The notes under the pieces were generated by a model, which saw only the letters and a program-made list of their open reading frames with translations, did no database searches and was not told where the DNA came from. From an uncultured beta proteobacterium (GTDB lineage Bacteria > Pseudomonadota > Gammaproteobacteria > Burkholderiales > Burkholderiaceae_E): 64,000 nucleotides of DNA. A program made the translations under genes and the position numbers. Of this stretch, positions 52,233-63,099 are shown one piece after another. Position 1 is the first letter of the stretch. Each line of letters begins with the position of its first letter. The stretch is from contig CAVOLL010000002.1 in the NCBI GenBank assembly GCA_963696745.1, positions 844,171-908,170 of the forward strand. The letters are read 5' to 3'.

Positions 52233-53919
52233 CTACAGCGCTTCGCCCGCGAAGTCCGCCAGCCGCGAGCGCTCGCCGCGCTGCAGCGTCACGTGTCCGG
52301 CGTGCGCCCAGCCCTTGAACCGGTCGACGACGTAGGTCAGTCCCGACGACCCCTCGGTCAGGTAGGGGGTGTCGATCTGCGCGATGTTGCCCAGGCACAC
52401 CACCTTCGTTCCCGGCCCGGCGCGGGTCACGAGCGTCTTCATCTGCTTGGGCGTGAGATTCTGCGCCTCGTCGATGATCAGGAACTTGCTCACGAAGGTG
52501 CGCCCGCGCATGAACGACAGTGCCTTGACCTTGACGCGCGAGCGGATCATGTCGATCGCGGTGGATCGGCCCCACTCGCCCGCGCCGGTCTCGCCCTTGT
52601 TCAGGATCTCGAGGTTGTCCTCGAGCGCGCCCATCCAGGGCTGCATCTTTTCCTCTTCGGTGCCGGGCAGGTAGCCGATGTCGTCGCCCACCGGGACGGT
52701 GGCGCGCGTCATGATGATCTCGGTGTAGCGGCGCGCCTCGATCGTCTGCACCAGCCCCGCGGCCAGCGCGAGCAGCGTCTTGCCGGTGCCGGCCTGCCCG
52801 AGCAGCGTGACGAAGTCGATCTCCGGGTTCATCAGCAGGTTCAGCGCGAAGTTCTGCTCGCGGTTGCGCGCCGAGATACCCCAGATCGCGTGCTTCGGGT
52901 GCCCGAAGTCGCGCAGCGTCTGCAGCACGGCAGTGCGCCCGTTGAGTTCCTTGACCTGCGCGAGCAGCGGCGAGTCGCCTTCCAGATGGACGAACTGGTT
53001 GATCGCGAACGACGGCACCATCGGACCGCTCAGGCGATAGAAGGTGCTGCCGCCCTGCTGCCAGGATTCGACCCCCTTGCCGTGGCGGTCCCAGAAGTTC
53101 GCCGGCAACGAGGCGATCCCGGTGTAGAGCAGGTCGGTGTCCTCGAGGACCTGGTCGTTCAGGTAGTCGTTGGCGGGCAGACCCGAGGGTGCGCGCCTTG
53201 ATCCGCATGTTGATGTCCTTGGACACCAGGACCACTTCGCGTCCGGCGAATCGGTCGTGCAGTTCGCGCACCACGCCCAAGATGTGGTTGTCGGCCTTGC
53301 CGACCGGCAGGCTGCTGGGCAGGATCCCGGCGATCGCGTGGGTCTGGAAGTAGAGCCGGCCGTGCGCCTCGCGGTTTCCGAGCGTCGACAGCGCGATGCC
53401 TTCGTCGATCGATCCCTGGACGGTGGCGATCAGCGCGTCGAGCGAGCGGCTGACCTGGCGCGCGTTGCGCGAAACCTCCGACATGCCGCGCTTGTGATTG
53501 TCGAGTTCCTCGAGCGTCATCATCGGCAGGTAGACGTCGTGCTCGGCGAAGCGGAACAGGCTCGACGGGTCGTGCATCAGCACGTTGGTGTCGAGCACGA
53601 ACAGCTTGGCCGCTTCGGCGACGCGTCGCGGCTGCACTCGGCCCTTGTTGCGATCCGACGGCAGGTTGACCACGCCCGCGGGCGTGCCGCGGGCCGCGGC
53701 GGCTGTCGCGGCGGCGCGCGCGGCGGGTGCGATCGTGGGTGCGGTCGCGGTCGGCTTGCGCGCGACGCCCTCGACCGCCGGAGCGCGTTCGCGCACCGCC
53801 TCGTGTTCGGTCACGGTCGCGGGTGTCGTCGATGCGGAGGGAATTGCCGCGCGCGCCTTGGCGGCAGTCGTGAGATCGAGCAGGGTGGCGGGCTTGGCAG
53901 GGGCTTTCGGCAGTGGCAT
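52233..53919 (-). CDS. PIN-PhoH (PhoH2-type) protein with an Ala/Pro-rich N-terminal extension (frameshift near 53180)
   Basis: FVLDTNVLMHDP, LEELD, KADN, VSKDINMRIKA; RNREQ, GQAGTGKT, RGRTF, DEAQN, QIDTP, RSRLA. Confidence 0.92.
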
Positions 53920-53945
53920 CGGGCTTTCTGGGGTCGGTGGGGTAC

Positions 53946-54411
53946 TTACAGCGACTGGACGAACTCGAGGACCTGCTGAACGTGACCGGGCACCTTGACG
54001 TCCGCGCCATTCGCGTAGCAGCTTGCGGTCGCCGTCGATCAGGAAGGTGGAGCGTTCGATGCCCCTGACCTTCTTTCCGTACATGTTCTTCATCTTCATG
54101 ACCGCGAACGCCGTGCACAGCGCTTCGTCGGGGTCCGAGATCAGGTGAAACGGAAACTCGTGCCGGACCCGAAAGCCCTCGTGCGAGCGCAGGCTGTCGC
54201 GCGAGACGCCCAACACGTCGGCGCCTGCCGCCTGCGAACGCCTGATAGTGGTCGCGAAAGTGCGAACCCTGCAGTGGTGCAGCCCGGCGTGTTGTCCTTC
54301 GGGTAGAAGAACAGCACGAGGCGCCGCCCCGCGAACGACGAGAGCCTGATTGTTCCCGCCGGTCGAATCCGCCGCGAATTCGGGAACCTTCTTTCCGACG
54401 CCAACTGCCAC
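53946..54411 (-). CDS. bcp: BCP-type peroxiredoxin (frameshifted)
   Basis: FFYPKDNTPGCT, LGVSRDS..SH, MYGKKVRGIERSTFLID. Confidence 0.9.
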
Positions 54412-54558
54412 CCAGGGAACTCCACCGCACGTGCCTCGGGAAACGATAGCACAGCGAGGCGCGAGTGCCGCACGCGCTCGGCGCGGGCGTTGCCGGCGCG
54501 CACCGGGTCCGCAGCGGCCCGCGCGTTGCCCCGGCGCGCCGGGCCAGCGTCGCCAAGC

Positions 54559-54932
54559 CTAGGGCGGAAGAAGCGCGGCGAGAACCTTTCGCCCTTCGGA
54601 CATCAGGATGTTGTAGGTGCGACACGCCGCGCGCGTGTCCATTACCTCGATGCCGATGCTCGCCCGCGCGAGCGACGCGGTCAGGCGCGGATGCGGGAAA
54701 GCGCTGGCGCGCGCCGGTGCCGAGCACGACCAGATCGGGCGCGCGCGCGGCGATCAGTTCGAAGTGCTCGGGCGCGAACAACTCGAACCGACCGGCTTCC
54801 CAGGCGATCACTTCGCCTTCGGGTTGGACGATCAGCGCCGCCTCGAAGCGGCGAGTGTTGATCTCGACGAAGCCCTGCGCCGTAGGCGGTGACCGTGTTC
54901 AGCGAGGGGTTGAGGTCGGGTTGCAGCTTCAT
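54559..54932 (-). CDS. Mth938-like domain protein (frameshifted)
   Basis: MKLQPD...[41 protein letters not shown]. Confidence 0.85.
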
Positions 54933-55065
54933 CGGCGATCGGCTGGAGCCGCGGAGCGCGCCGCAAGCCAGCGCTAAGTGGCTGATAATGCTACATTCAC
55001 CGGTTTATTGCACTGCATCGAAGCCGCGCCCCGTCCAGGATCGCGGCAAATCCCGGAGCCTGAAG

Positions 55066-56275
55066 ATGACATCCCCGCGCGAGTTCTCTCGCATCAAGCG
55101 CCTGCCGCCGTACGTGTTCAACATCACCGGCGAGTTGAAGATGGCGGCGCGCCGCCGTGGCGAGGACATCATCGACATGAGCATGGGCGATCCGGACGGT
55201 CCGGCCCCGCAGCACATCATCGACAAGCTGGTCGAGGCGTCGCAGAAACCGCACACCCACGGCTACTCGGTGTCGAAGGGCATTCCGCGTCTGCGCAAGG
55301 CGATCTCCGACTGGTACCGGCGCCGCTACGCCGTGGAGATCGACCCCGAGACCGAAGCGATCGTCACGATCGGTTCCAAGGAAGGGCTCGCGCACATGAT
55401 GCTCGCGACGCTCGATCGCGGCGACGTGGTGCTGGTGCCCAATCCGAGCTATCCGATCCACATCTACGGCGCGGTGATCGCAGGGGCCGAGACGCGCTCG
55501 GTGCCGATGACGCGCAACCTCGACTTCTACGACGAACTCGAGCGCGCGGTCGAGCGAGTGCGATCCGAAGCCGAAGATGATGATCCTCGGGTTTCCGAGC
55601 AACCCGACCGCGATGTGCGCCGACCTGTCGTTCTTCGAGAAGGTCGTCGCGCTGGCCAAGCGCCACGCGATCATCGTCGTGCACGACCTCGCCTACGCCG
55701 ACATCGTCTTCGACGACTTCCGCGCGCCCTCGATCATGCAAGTGCCGGGAGCGCGCGACGTGGCGGTCGAGTTCTTCACGATGAGCAAGAGCTACAACAT
55801 GGCCGGGTGGCGGATCGGCTTCATGGTGGGCAACAGCGAGCTGGTCGGCGCGCTCGCGCGCATGAAGAGCTATCACGACTACGGCGCCTTCACGCCGATC
55901 CAGGTCGCGGCGATCGCTGCGCTCGACGGGCCTCAGGAGTGCGTCGAGGAAGTTCGCCTGAAGTACCAGCGGCGTCGCGACGTGCTCGCGCGCGGGCTGC
56001 ACGAGGCGGGCTGGATGGTCGACGTGCCGAAAGCCTCGATGTACATCTGGGCCGAGATCCCGCAGCCGTACCGCGCGATGGGTTCGCTCGAGTTCGCCAA
56101 GAAGTTGCTCGTCGAAGCGAAGGTCGCGGTCTCACCGGGCGTCGGCTTCGGCGAGCTCGGCGACGATCACGTGCGTTTCGCGCTGATCGAGAACGAGCAC
56201 CGGATCAAGCAGGCGGTGCGCGGCATTCGAGAGATGTTTCGCAAGGACGGATTCGTGCCCAAAGCGGCAGCGTGA
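55066..56275 (+). CDS. alaC: alanine transaminase (frameshift near 55560)
   Basis: [57 protein letters not shown]. Confidence 0.92.
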
Positions 56276-56292
56276 GCGAGGGAAGACAGAAG

Positions 56293-57638
56293 ATGGGAGT
56301 CGAGAAATTCGGTCCGGTGCGCGTCGGACTGCTGGGAATCGGCACGGTGGGCGGGGGAAGCTTCGACGTGCTGGCGCGCAACCAGGCCGAGATCACGCGC
56401 CGCGTCGGGCGGCGAATCGAGATCACCCGCATCGCCGACCTCGACACCGAGCGTGCGACCAGGGTCGCGGCCGGACGCGCGCAGGTCACCGACGATGCGT
56501 ACTCGGTGGTGCGCGACCCTGAAATCGACATCGTGATCGAGCTGATCGGCGGCTACCGGATCGCGAAGGAACTGGTGCTCGCGGCGATCGACAACGGCAA
56601 GCACGTGGTCACCGCGAACAAGGCGCTGCTCGCCGTGCACGGCAACGAGATCTTCGAGGCGGCGCAGCGCAAGGGCGTGATGGTCGCGTTCGAGGCGGCG
56701 GTCGCCGGCGGAATCCCGATCATCAAGGCGCTGCGCGAGGGCCTGAGCGCGAATCGCATCGAGTGGATCGCCGGGATCATCAACGGAACGACCAACTTCA
56801 TCCTCTCCGAGATGCGCGACAAGGGGCAGACGCTTCGACACCGCGCTCGCCGAGGCGCAGCGCCTCGGTTACGCCGAGGCCGACCCCACTTTCGACATCG
56901 AGGGGGTCGACGCCGCGCACAAGGCCGCGATCCTGGCGTCGATCGCGTTCGGCATCCCGGTCTCGTTCGACAAGTGCTACGTCGAGGGGATCACGCGGCT
57001 GCAGGCCGAAGACATCCGCTACGCCGAGCAACTCGGCTACCGGATCAAGCTGCTCGGGATGACGCGGCGGCGCGACGAGCCCGGCGGGCCGCGTGGCATC
57101 GAGCTGCGCGTGCACCCGACCCTGATACCGGCGAGCCGCCTGATCGCCAACGTCGAGGGCGCGATGAACGCCGTCTGGGTCCGGGGCGACGCGGTCGGCG
57201 ACACGATGTACTACGGCAAGGGTGCCGGCGCCGAGCCGACGGCGAGCGCGGTGGTCGCCGACCTGGTCGACGTCGCGCGCATGCTCACGGCCGACCCCGA
57301 CAATCGCGTGCCGCACCTGGCGTTCCAGACCGAGTCGCTCGCGGCCGACCTCCCGATCCTGCCGATCGAGGAAGTCCAGACCGCCTACTATCTTCGCCTG
57401 CGGGTTGCCGACGAGCCGGGCGTTCTCGCCGACATCACGCGAATCCTGGCCGACGCGCGGATCTCGATCGACGCGGTGCATGCAGCGCGAACCGGCGCGT
57501 GGCGAGACCGAGACCGACATCGTGCTGCTCACGCACCGCACGGTCGAGAAGCAGGCCAACGCCGCGATCGCGCGCATCGAGGCGCTGCCCAGCGTGCTGG
57601 CCAGGGCCACGCGCATCCGTCTCGAAGACCTGGACTGA
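56293..57638 (+). CDS. hom: homoserine dehydrogenase (frameshifted)
   Basis: [58 protein letters not shown]-terminal ACT domain. Confidence 0.95.
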
Positions 57639-57641
57639 GCG

Positions 57642-59063
57642 ATGCTCTACCTGTCCACGCGCGGCGGGATGGACCCGACGCCGTTCGGCGAAGTGCTGCT
57701 CGGCGGGTTGGCGCCCGACGGCGGGCTGGTGCTTCCGCAAACTTATCCGAGGATCGACGACGCAACGCTCACGCGCTGGCGCTCGCTCGGCTACGCGCAG
57801 CTCGCGTTCGAGATCGTGCGCCTGTACGCCGGCGACATCGTCGAGGCCGACCTGCGCGCGTTGATCGATCGCACCTACACCGCCGAGGCCTTCGGCAGCG
57901 ACGACATCACGCCGGTGCCTAGCCCTGGAGCACGAGCTCTACCTGCTGCAGGCTGTCCAACGGCCCCACGCTCGCGTTCAAGGACGTGGCGATGCAGTTG
58001 CTCGGGCAACCTGTTCGAGTACGTGCTCGCGCGCGAGGATCGCCGGCTGAACATCGTCGGGGCCACCTCGGGAGACACCGGCAGCGCCGCCGAGTACGCG
58101 ATGCGCGGCAAGGGGCACGTGCGCGTGTTCATGCTCTCGCCGCACATGCGCATGAGCGCGTTCCAGCGCGCGCAGATGTACTCGCTGGCCGACGCGAACA
58201 TCTTCAACATTGCCGTGTTCGGAGTGTTCGACGACGCGCAGGACATGGTCAAGTCGGTGTCCAGCGACCTGGGGTTCAAGAAGCGCTATTCGATCGGCAC
58301 CGTGAACTCGATCAACTGGGCGCGCGTGCTCGCGCAGGTGGTCTACTACTTCAAGGCCTACTTCGCGGTCACCCAGTCCAACGACCAGCAGGTGTCGTTC
58401 GCGGTGCCCACGGGGAACTTCGGCAACGTGCTCGCCGGGCACGTCGCGCGGACGATGGGCCTGCCGGTGCGCAAGCTGGTCGTCGCCACCAACGAGAACG
58501 ACGTGCTCGACGAGTTCTTCCGCACCGGCGCGTACCGGGTTCGCCGCGGTGCCGAGACCTTCGAGACGAGCAGCCCGTCGATGGACATCTCCAGGGCGTC
58601 GAATTTCGAGCGCTTCGTCCACGATCTGCTGGGCGGCGACAAGGCGCGGGTGAAGAGGCTCTGGCAGGAACTCGGCGCGCACGGCGCGTTCGACCTCGCC
58701 GGCACGCCCGAGTTCGCGCGCGTGTCCGAGTTCGGCTTTGTTTCCGGGCGCAGCACGCACGCCGATCGCGTTGCGACGATCAGGCGGGTCCATTCCGGCT
58801 TCGGGGTGACGGTCGACCCGCACACCGCCGACGGCATGTTCATCGCCGAGCGTCACCGCGAGGCCGGCGTTGCGATGGTCTGCCTCGAGACTGCGCTTCC
58901 GGTGAAGTTCTCCGACACGATCGTCGAAGCGCTCGGACGCGAACCGCAGCGCCCGGCGGCCTTCGACGGGATCGAGTCCAAGGCGCAGCGCTTTTCGCTG
59001 ATGCCCGCCGACGTCGACCTGCTCAAGCGCTACGTCGCCCAGCGTTGCGAGCCGCAGCAATGA
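57642..59063 (+). CDS. thrC: threonine synthase (local frameshift pair around 57920-58010)
   Basis: [53 protein letters not shown]. Confidence 0.95.
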   Translation: MLYLSTRGGMDPTPFGEVLLGGLAPDGGLVLPQTYPRIDDATLTRWRSLGYAQLAFEIVRLYAGDIVEADLRALIDRTYTAEAFGSDDITPVPSPGARALPAAGCPTAPRSRSRTWRCSCSGNLFEYVLAREDRRLNIVGATSGDTGSAAEYAMRGKGHVRVFMLSPHMRMSAFQRAQMYSLADANIFNIAVFGVFDDAQDMVKSVSSDLGFKKRYSIGTVNSINWARVLAQVVYYFKAYFAVTQSNDQQVSFAVPTGNFGNVLAGHVARTMGLPVRKLVVATNENDVLDEFFRTGAYRVRRGAETFETSSPSMDISRASNFERFVHDLLGGDKARVKRLWQELGAHGAFDLAGTPEFARVSEFGFVSGRSTHADRVATIRRVHSGFGVTVDPHTADGMFIAERHREAGVAMVCLETALPVKFSDTIVEALGREPQRPAAFDGIESKAQRFSLMPADVDLLKRYVAQRCEPQQ

Positions 59064-59124
59064 GACGGCTGACCGGTCGCCGCGGTCGCCGCGGTCGCGG
59101 CGGCGATCGCGCGACCGACCGACG

Positions 59125-60123
59125 ATGAGTTTTCGGCAGTGGCTGCTGCTGGTCGCGACCGCGGCGAGTTTCGCGAGTTCGATCCTGCTGAACAAGATAC
59201 TGACCGGGCAGTTGCCGCCCTTCACGCTCGCGGCAATGCGCGTGCTGCTCGCGGCTCCGTTCGGCCTGGCCGTGCTCCTCGCGTTCGATCGCGAGCTGCC
59301 CGCTTCGCGCGCCGATCGCCGCACCACGCTGTTCGCCACCCTCGGCGTGATCGTGGTTCCGTACTGCGCGCTGGCGATCGGTCAGCAGACGATCGCCAGC
59401 GGGCTGTCCGCAATCCTGTACTCGACGATGCCGCTGTTCACGATGCTCGCGGCGCACCTGATCCTGCACGACGAGCGGCTCGGGACGCGCAAGATCGCCG
59501 GCATCGCACTCGGGATGGCGGGGGTGGTGACGGTGATCGGACCGTCGCTGCTCGGCGGACTGGGCGCGCATGCCGTGGCCGAGCTGATCACGCTGTGCGG
59601 GCCGCTCGCCTACGCGGTGGGCGCGGTGCTGATGCGCCGCGCCCGTCACATCGACCCGATCGCGATGACCGCGGCGATGTTCCTGACCGCTGCCGTGATC
59701 CTCCTGCCGCTGGCGCTGCTGATCGAGCGACCGTGGGAAGTGCGCGGCGACGCGCGGCTGGTGGGCTGGCTGGTCGCGCTCGCGACCGTGGGCACGATCG
59801 TGCCCGCGGCGCTGAACTACCTGCTCGTGCGCCAGGTCGGCGCGACGCGCGCTTCGATCGCGATGTTCCTGATGCCGATGATCGCGGTGCTGATGGGCGT
59901 GGCGCTGCTCGACGAGCGGCTCGGCGCCGAAGCGCTCGGCGGAATGGTGCTGATCGTGCTCGGCAGCGTGATTGTCGTTGGGCTGCCGCTGCGCGGCGCG
60001 CCAGCGAGTACGCCGGACCACGCGAGCGATTCCGTCGGCGCGCGCGCCACGCGCGCATCCCATCACGCGCACGGGGGCGGGGCGACACGCACGCGTGTCG
60101 CTGGCGGTACACTCGCGCCATGA
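59125..60123 (+). CDS. DMT/EamA family exporter
   Basis: About ten hydrophobic segments in two EamA-like repeats; LHDERLG and LLDERLG. Confidence 0.85.
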   Translation: MSFRQWLLLVATAASFASSILLNKILTGQLPPFTLAAMRVLLAAPFGLAVLLAFDRELPASRADRRTTLFATLGVIVVPYCALAIGQQTIASGLSAILYSTMPLFTMLAAHLILHDERLGTRKIAGIALGMAGVVTVIGPSLLGGLGAHAVAELITLCGPLAYAVGAVLMRRARHIDPIAMTAAMFLTAAVILLPLALLIERPWEVRGDARLVGWLVALATVGTIVPAALNYLLVRQVGATRASIAMFLMPMIAVLMGVALLDERLGAEALGGMVLIVLGSVIVVGLPLRGAPASTPDHASDSVGARATRASHHAHGGGATRTRVAGGTLAP

Positions 60124-60641
60124 AGGTCTTCGGATTCGCCGGCTATTCCGGCTCGGGCAAGACGACGCTGATCGAGCAGCTGATCCCGCGTTTCGTCCTG
60201 CGCGGGTTGCGCGTGTCGCTGGTCAAACACGCACATCACCTGTTCGACATCGACCGCCCGGGAAAGGACTCGTACCGGCATCGCGAGGCCGGGGCCTGCG
60301 AAGTCCTGATCACCTCGTCGCAACGCTGGGTTCTGATGCACGAGCTGCGCGACGAGCAAGAGCCCACGCTGCACGAGCAGCTCGCGCGCTTCGCGGCCTG
60401 CGACCTGATTCTGGTCGAGGGCTACAAACACGCCGACATCCCGAAGATCGAGGTGCACCGGCCGGCGCACGGCCGCCCGATGCTCAGCCCGCACGACCCG
60501 AACATCGTCGCCGTCGCGACCGACGTCGCGATCGATTCCGCGTTGCCCCGGCTCGACATCAACGATCCGGACGCGATCGCGCAGTTCATCCTCGACCACT
60601 TCGACCAAGCGAATGAAACCCGGCTTACGGTCGTTCGATGA
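60120..60641 (+). CDS. mobB: molybdopterin-guanine dinucleotide biosynthesis protein B
   Basis: GFAGYSGSGKTTL, VKHAHH.FDID.PGKDS, LVEGYK, PKIEV. Confidence 0.93.
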   Translation: MKVFGFAGYSGSGKTTLIEQLIPRFVLRGLRVSLVKHAHHLFDIDRPGKDSYRHREAGACEVLITSSQRWVLMHELRDEQEPTLHEQLARFAACDLILVEGYKHADIPKIEVHRPAHGRPMLSPHDPNIVAVATDVAIDSALPRLDINDPDAIAQFILDHFDQANETRLTVVR

Positions 60642-61911
60642 CGCATTCGCGGCGCTGATCGCGCGCGCCGTGCCGCTCGCCGGGATCGAGGAGGTCGCGA
60701 CGCTCGATGCGGCCGGGCGGGTGCTCGCGCACGACCAGCGCTCGACGCTCGACGTGCCGCCAATGGACAACACGCAGATGGACGGCTACGCGGTGCGCGC
60801 GGCCGATCTCGCCGCTGGCGCGGCGCGGCTGCGGGTCGCGCAGCGCATCGCAGCCGGGCACGTCGGCGCGCCGCTCGCGCCGGGAACCGCAGCGCGCATC
60901 TTCACCGGCGCGACGATTCCGCCGGGTGCCGACGCGGTGGTGATGCAGGAGCAGGCCGAGGTCGACGGCGAGCACGTGCTGATCGGGGTTCGCCCGAGCG
61001 AGGGCGAGTGGATCCGTCGTCGCGGCGAGGACATCGCCGCGGGTAGCGTGATCCTCCCGGCAGGGACGAAGCTCGACGCCCAGTCCACCGGTCTCGCGGC
61101 GTCAGTGGGCGTCGCGCGCCTGAGCGTGCGCCGCGCGGTGCGCGTCGCGTGTTTCTTCACCGGCGACGAACTGGTGATGCCGGGCGAGCCGCTGCCGGCC
61201 GGGGCGATCTACAACAGCAACCGTTTCATCCTCACGGCGCTGCTGCGCGCGCTCGGCTGTGTCGTCACCGACCTCGGAATCGTTCCCGATTCGCTGCAGG
61301 CGACCCGCGAAGCGTTGCGCGAAGCCGCGCGCGAGAACGACCTGATCGTGACCTCGGGCGGTGTGTCGGTCGGAGAGGAGGATCACGTCAAGCCTGCCGT
61401 GCAGGCCGAGGGCGAGATCGACCTGTGGCAGATCGCGATGAAACCCGGCAAGCCGCTGGCCTACGGGCGCGTGCGCCGCGCGCCGGGTCGGGATACCGGC
61501 GCGCGCACCGGGCGCTCGGCGGGCGATCGTTCCGAAGCCGCGGCCGACGCCGAAGCCGCGGCCGACGCCTTCGCGCACTTCATCGGGCTTCCGGGAAATC
61601 CGGTGTCGAGTTTCGTGACCTTTCTGATGCTGGCTCGCCCGTTCATCCTGCGTCTGCAGGGAGCGATGGCGGTCGAAGCGCCTGCGTTCCCGATGCGCGC
61701 CGATTTCGACTGGCCACGCCCGGACCGCAGGCGCGAGTTCCTGCGCGCGCGGGTCAACGAGCGCTCGGGACTCGACCTATATCCGAACCAGGGGTCGGCC
61801 GTTCTCACCTCGACGGTCTGGGCCGACGGGTTGATCGACAATCCCGCCGGCAAGGCGATCGCGCGCGGCGACTCGGTCCGCTTCCTTCCGTTTCGGGGAT
61901 TGATGTCGTGA
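60613..61911 (+). CDS. moeA: molybdopterin molybdenumtransferase
   Basis: PPMDNTQMDGYA, RIFTGA, VVMQE, TGDEL, SGGVSVGEED, KPGKP, LPGNPVS. Confidence 0.95.
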   Translation: MKPGLRSFDDAFAALIARAVPLAGIEEVATLDAAGRVLAHDQRSTLDVPPMDNTQMDGYAVRAADLAAGAARLRVAQRIAAGHVGAPLAPGTAARIFTGATIPPGADAVVMQEQAEVDGEHVLIGVRPSEGEWIRRRGEDIAAGSVILPAGTKLDAQSTGLAASVGVARLSVRRAVRVACFFTGDELVMPGEPLPAGAIYNSNRFILTALLRALGCVVTDLGIVPDSLQATREALREAARENDLIVTSGGVSVGEEDHVKPAVQAEGEIDLWQIAMKPGKPLAYGRVRRAPGRDTGARTGRSAGDRSEAAADAEAAADAFAHFIGLPGNPVSSFVTFLMLARPFILRLQGAMAVEAPAFPMRADFDWPRPDRRREFLRARVNERSGLDLYPNQGSAVLTSTVWADGLIDNPAGKAIARGDSVRFLPFRGLMS

Positions 61912-62165
61912 ACGTGACCGTCCTGTACTTCGCCGGCCTGCGCGAGTCGCTCGGCCTCGAGCGCGAAACGGTCCTGCTTCCGGACGCGGTCGACACGGCG
62001 GCGCGCTTGCGCGAGTGGTTGCGCGCGCGCGGCGGGATCTGGAGCGATGCCTTCGCCGACGGTCGCGCGGTGCGCGTCGCCGTCGACCGGACGCTCGCGG
62101 CCCCTTCGGCACGGCTTCGCGAGGGTGCGGAGGTCGCGTTCTTTCCGCCGGTCACCGGAGGCTGA
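61908..62165 (+). CDS. moaD: molybdopterin synthase sulfur carrier subunit
   Basis: VLYFAGLRE...EVAFFPPVTGG C-terminus. Confidence 0.93.
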   Translation: MNVTVLYFAGLRESLGLERETVLLPDAVDTAARLREWLRARGGIWSDAFADGRAVRVAVDRTLAAPSARLREGAEVAFFPPVTGG

Positions 62166-62166
62166 T

Positions 62167-62634
62167 TTGCCGATACGCGTTCAGACCGCGGATTTCGACG
62201 TCGGCGCCGAGATCGCCGCACTGCGCGCGAACGACCCCCGCGTCGGCGCGGTCGCGGCCTTCGTCGGAACGGTGCGCGACCTGAACGACGGCAGCGGCGT
62301 CAGTTCGATGACGCTCGAGCACTATCCCGGGATGACCGAACGCGCGCTGCACGAAATCTGTGCGCGGGCCGACGCGCGCTGGGACCTTCTCGGAACCTGC
62401 GTCGTGCATCGCGTCGGCGAACTGCGCCCGGCGGACCAGATCGTGCTCGTGATCGTGACGTCGGCGCATCGCGGCGATGCATTCGCCGCCTGCGAGTTCA
62501 TCATCGATTACCTCAAGACCGAGGCGCCGTTCTGGAAGAAGGAGCGTACCGACGGCGGCGCGCGCTGGGTGGAGGCGCGTGTGTCGGACGAGCGGGCGGC
62601 GGCACGGTGGCGCGAGCCGCCGAAGCCGGACTGA
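62167..62634 (+). CDS. moaE: molybdopterin synthase catalytic subunit
   Basis: GAVAAFVGTVRD, LEHYPGMTE, VHRVGEL, SAHR, DYLKTEAPFWKKE. Confidence 0.95.
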   Translation: MPIRVQTADFDVGAEIAALRANDPRVGAVAAFVGTVRDLNDGSGVSSMTLEHYPGMTERALHEICARADARWDLLGTCVVHRVGELRPADQIVLVIVTSAHRGDAFAACEFIIDYLKTEAPFWKKERTDGGARWVEARVSDERAAARWREPPKPD

Positions 62635-62647
62635 CGAGGCCGCGGCG

Positions 62648-63034
62648 GTGCTCGCACAGGTCGGCTTGCCGGGTTTCGCCGCGATCGCCGCGGGCGCCGT
62701 GCTCGGCGCGTGGTTGCGCTTCGCGCTCGGTGCCACGCTCAACCAGATCGCGCCGCGCCTGCCGCTGGGCACGCTGGTGGCGAACGTCGTGGGGGGCCTG
62801 CTGATCGGCGCGGCGGTTGCCTGGCTCGCGCGCCATCCGGAGCTTTCTCCGGAGTGGCGGCTGTTCGTGGTGTCGGGCTTTCTGGGGGCGCTCACCACCT
62901 TCTCGACCTTCTCGATCGAGTCGCTCGAGCTGCTCCAGCGCGGCGATGTCGGCTGGGCGATCGGCCACACGGTGTTGCACGTGCTGGGTTCGCTCGCCGC
63001 GGCGGCGATCGGCTACCGGATGTTCAGTGGCTGA
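62648..63034 (+). CDS. crcB: fluoride channel Fluc/CrcB
   Basis: GAVLGAWLR, PLGTLVAN, GFLGALTTFSTFS.E. Confidence 0.93.
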   Translation: MLAQVGLPGFAAIAAGAVLGAWLRFALGATLNQIAPRLPLGTLVANVVGGLLIGAAVAWLARHPELSPEWRLFVVSGFLGALTTFSTFSIESLELLQRGDVGWAIGHTVLHVLGSLAAAAIGYRMFSG

Positions 63035-63099
63035 ACCGCGCCGGATTGTGTCTTTCGTCATCGCGCGGTGCGTGCTCTAATCGGCAAGATCTCCAAACC

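Noticed and set aside
54889-57864. 991-aa ORF suggesting an alaC-hom fusion (likewise bcp-phoH 51574-54411, hnr-UPF0280, ena-TetR)
   Set aside because: Artefacts of indels and stop-poor high-GC frames; each partner has its own start and stop.
3344-59063. Calling the many frameshifted genes pseudogenes or programmed frameshifts
   Set aside because: Essential genes (dnaB, rplI, hom, thrC) are also hit, motifs stay intact across the breaks, and the indel pattern fits consensus error.
59072-59120. Short CGGTCGCCG repeats between thrC and the EamA gene
   Set aside because: Low-complexity GC sequence with no second copy noticed; insufficient to call a REP or regulatory element.
62635-62647. Fluoride riboswitch upstream of crcB
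   Set aside because: Only 13 bp separate moaE and crcB, leaving no room for an aptamer.
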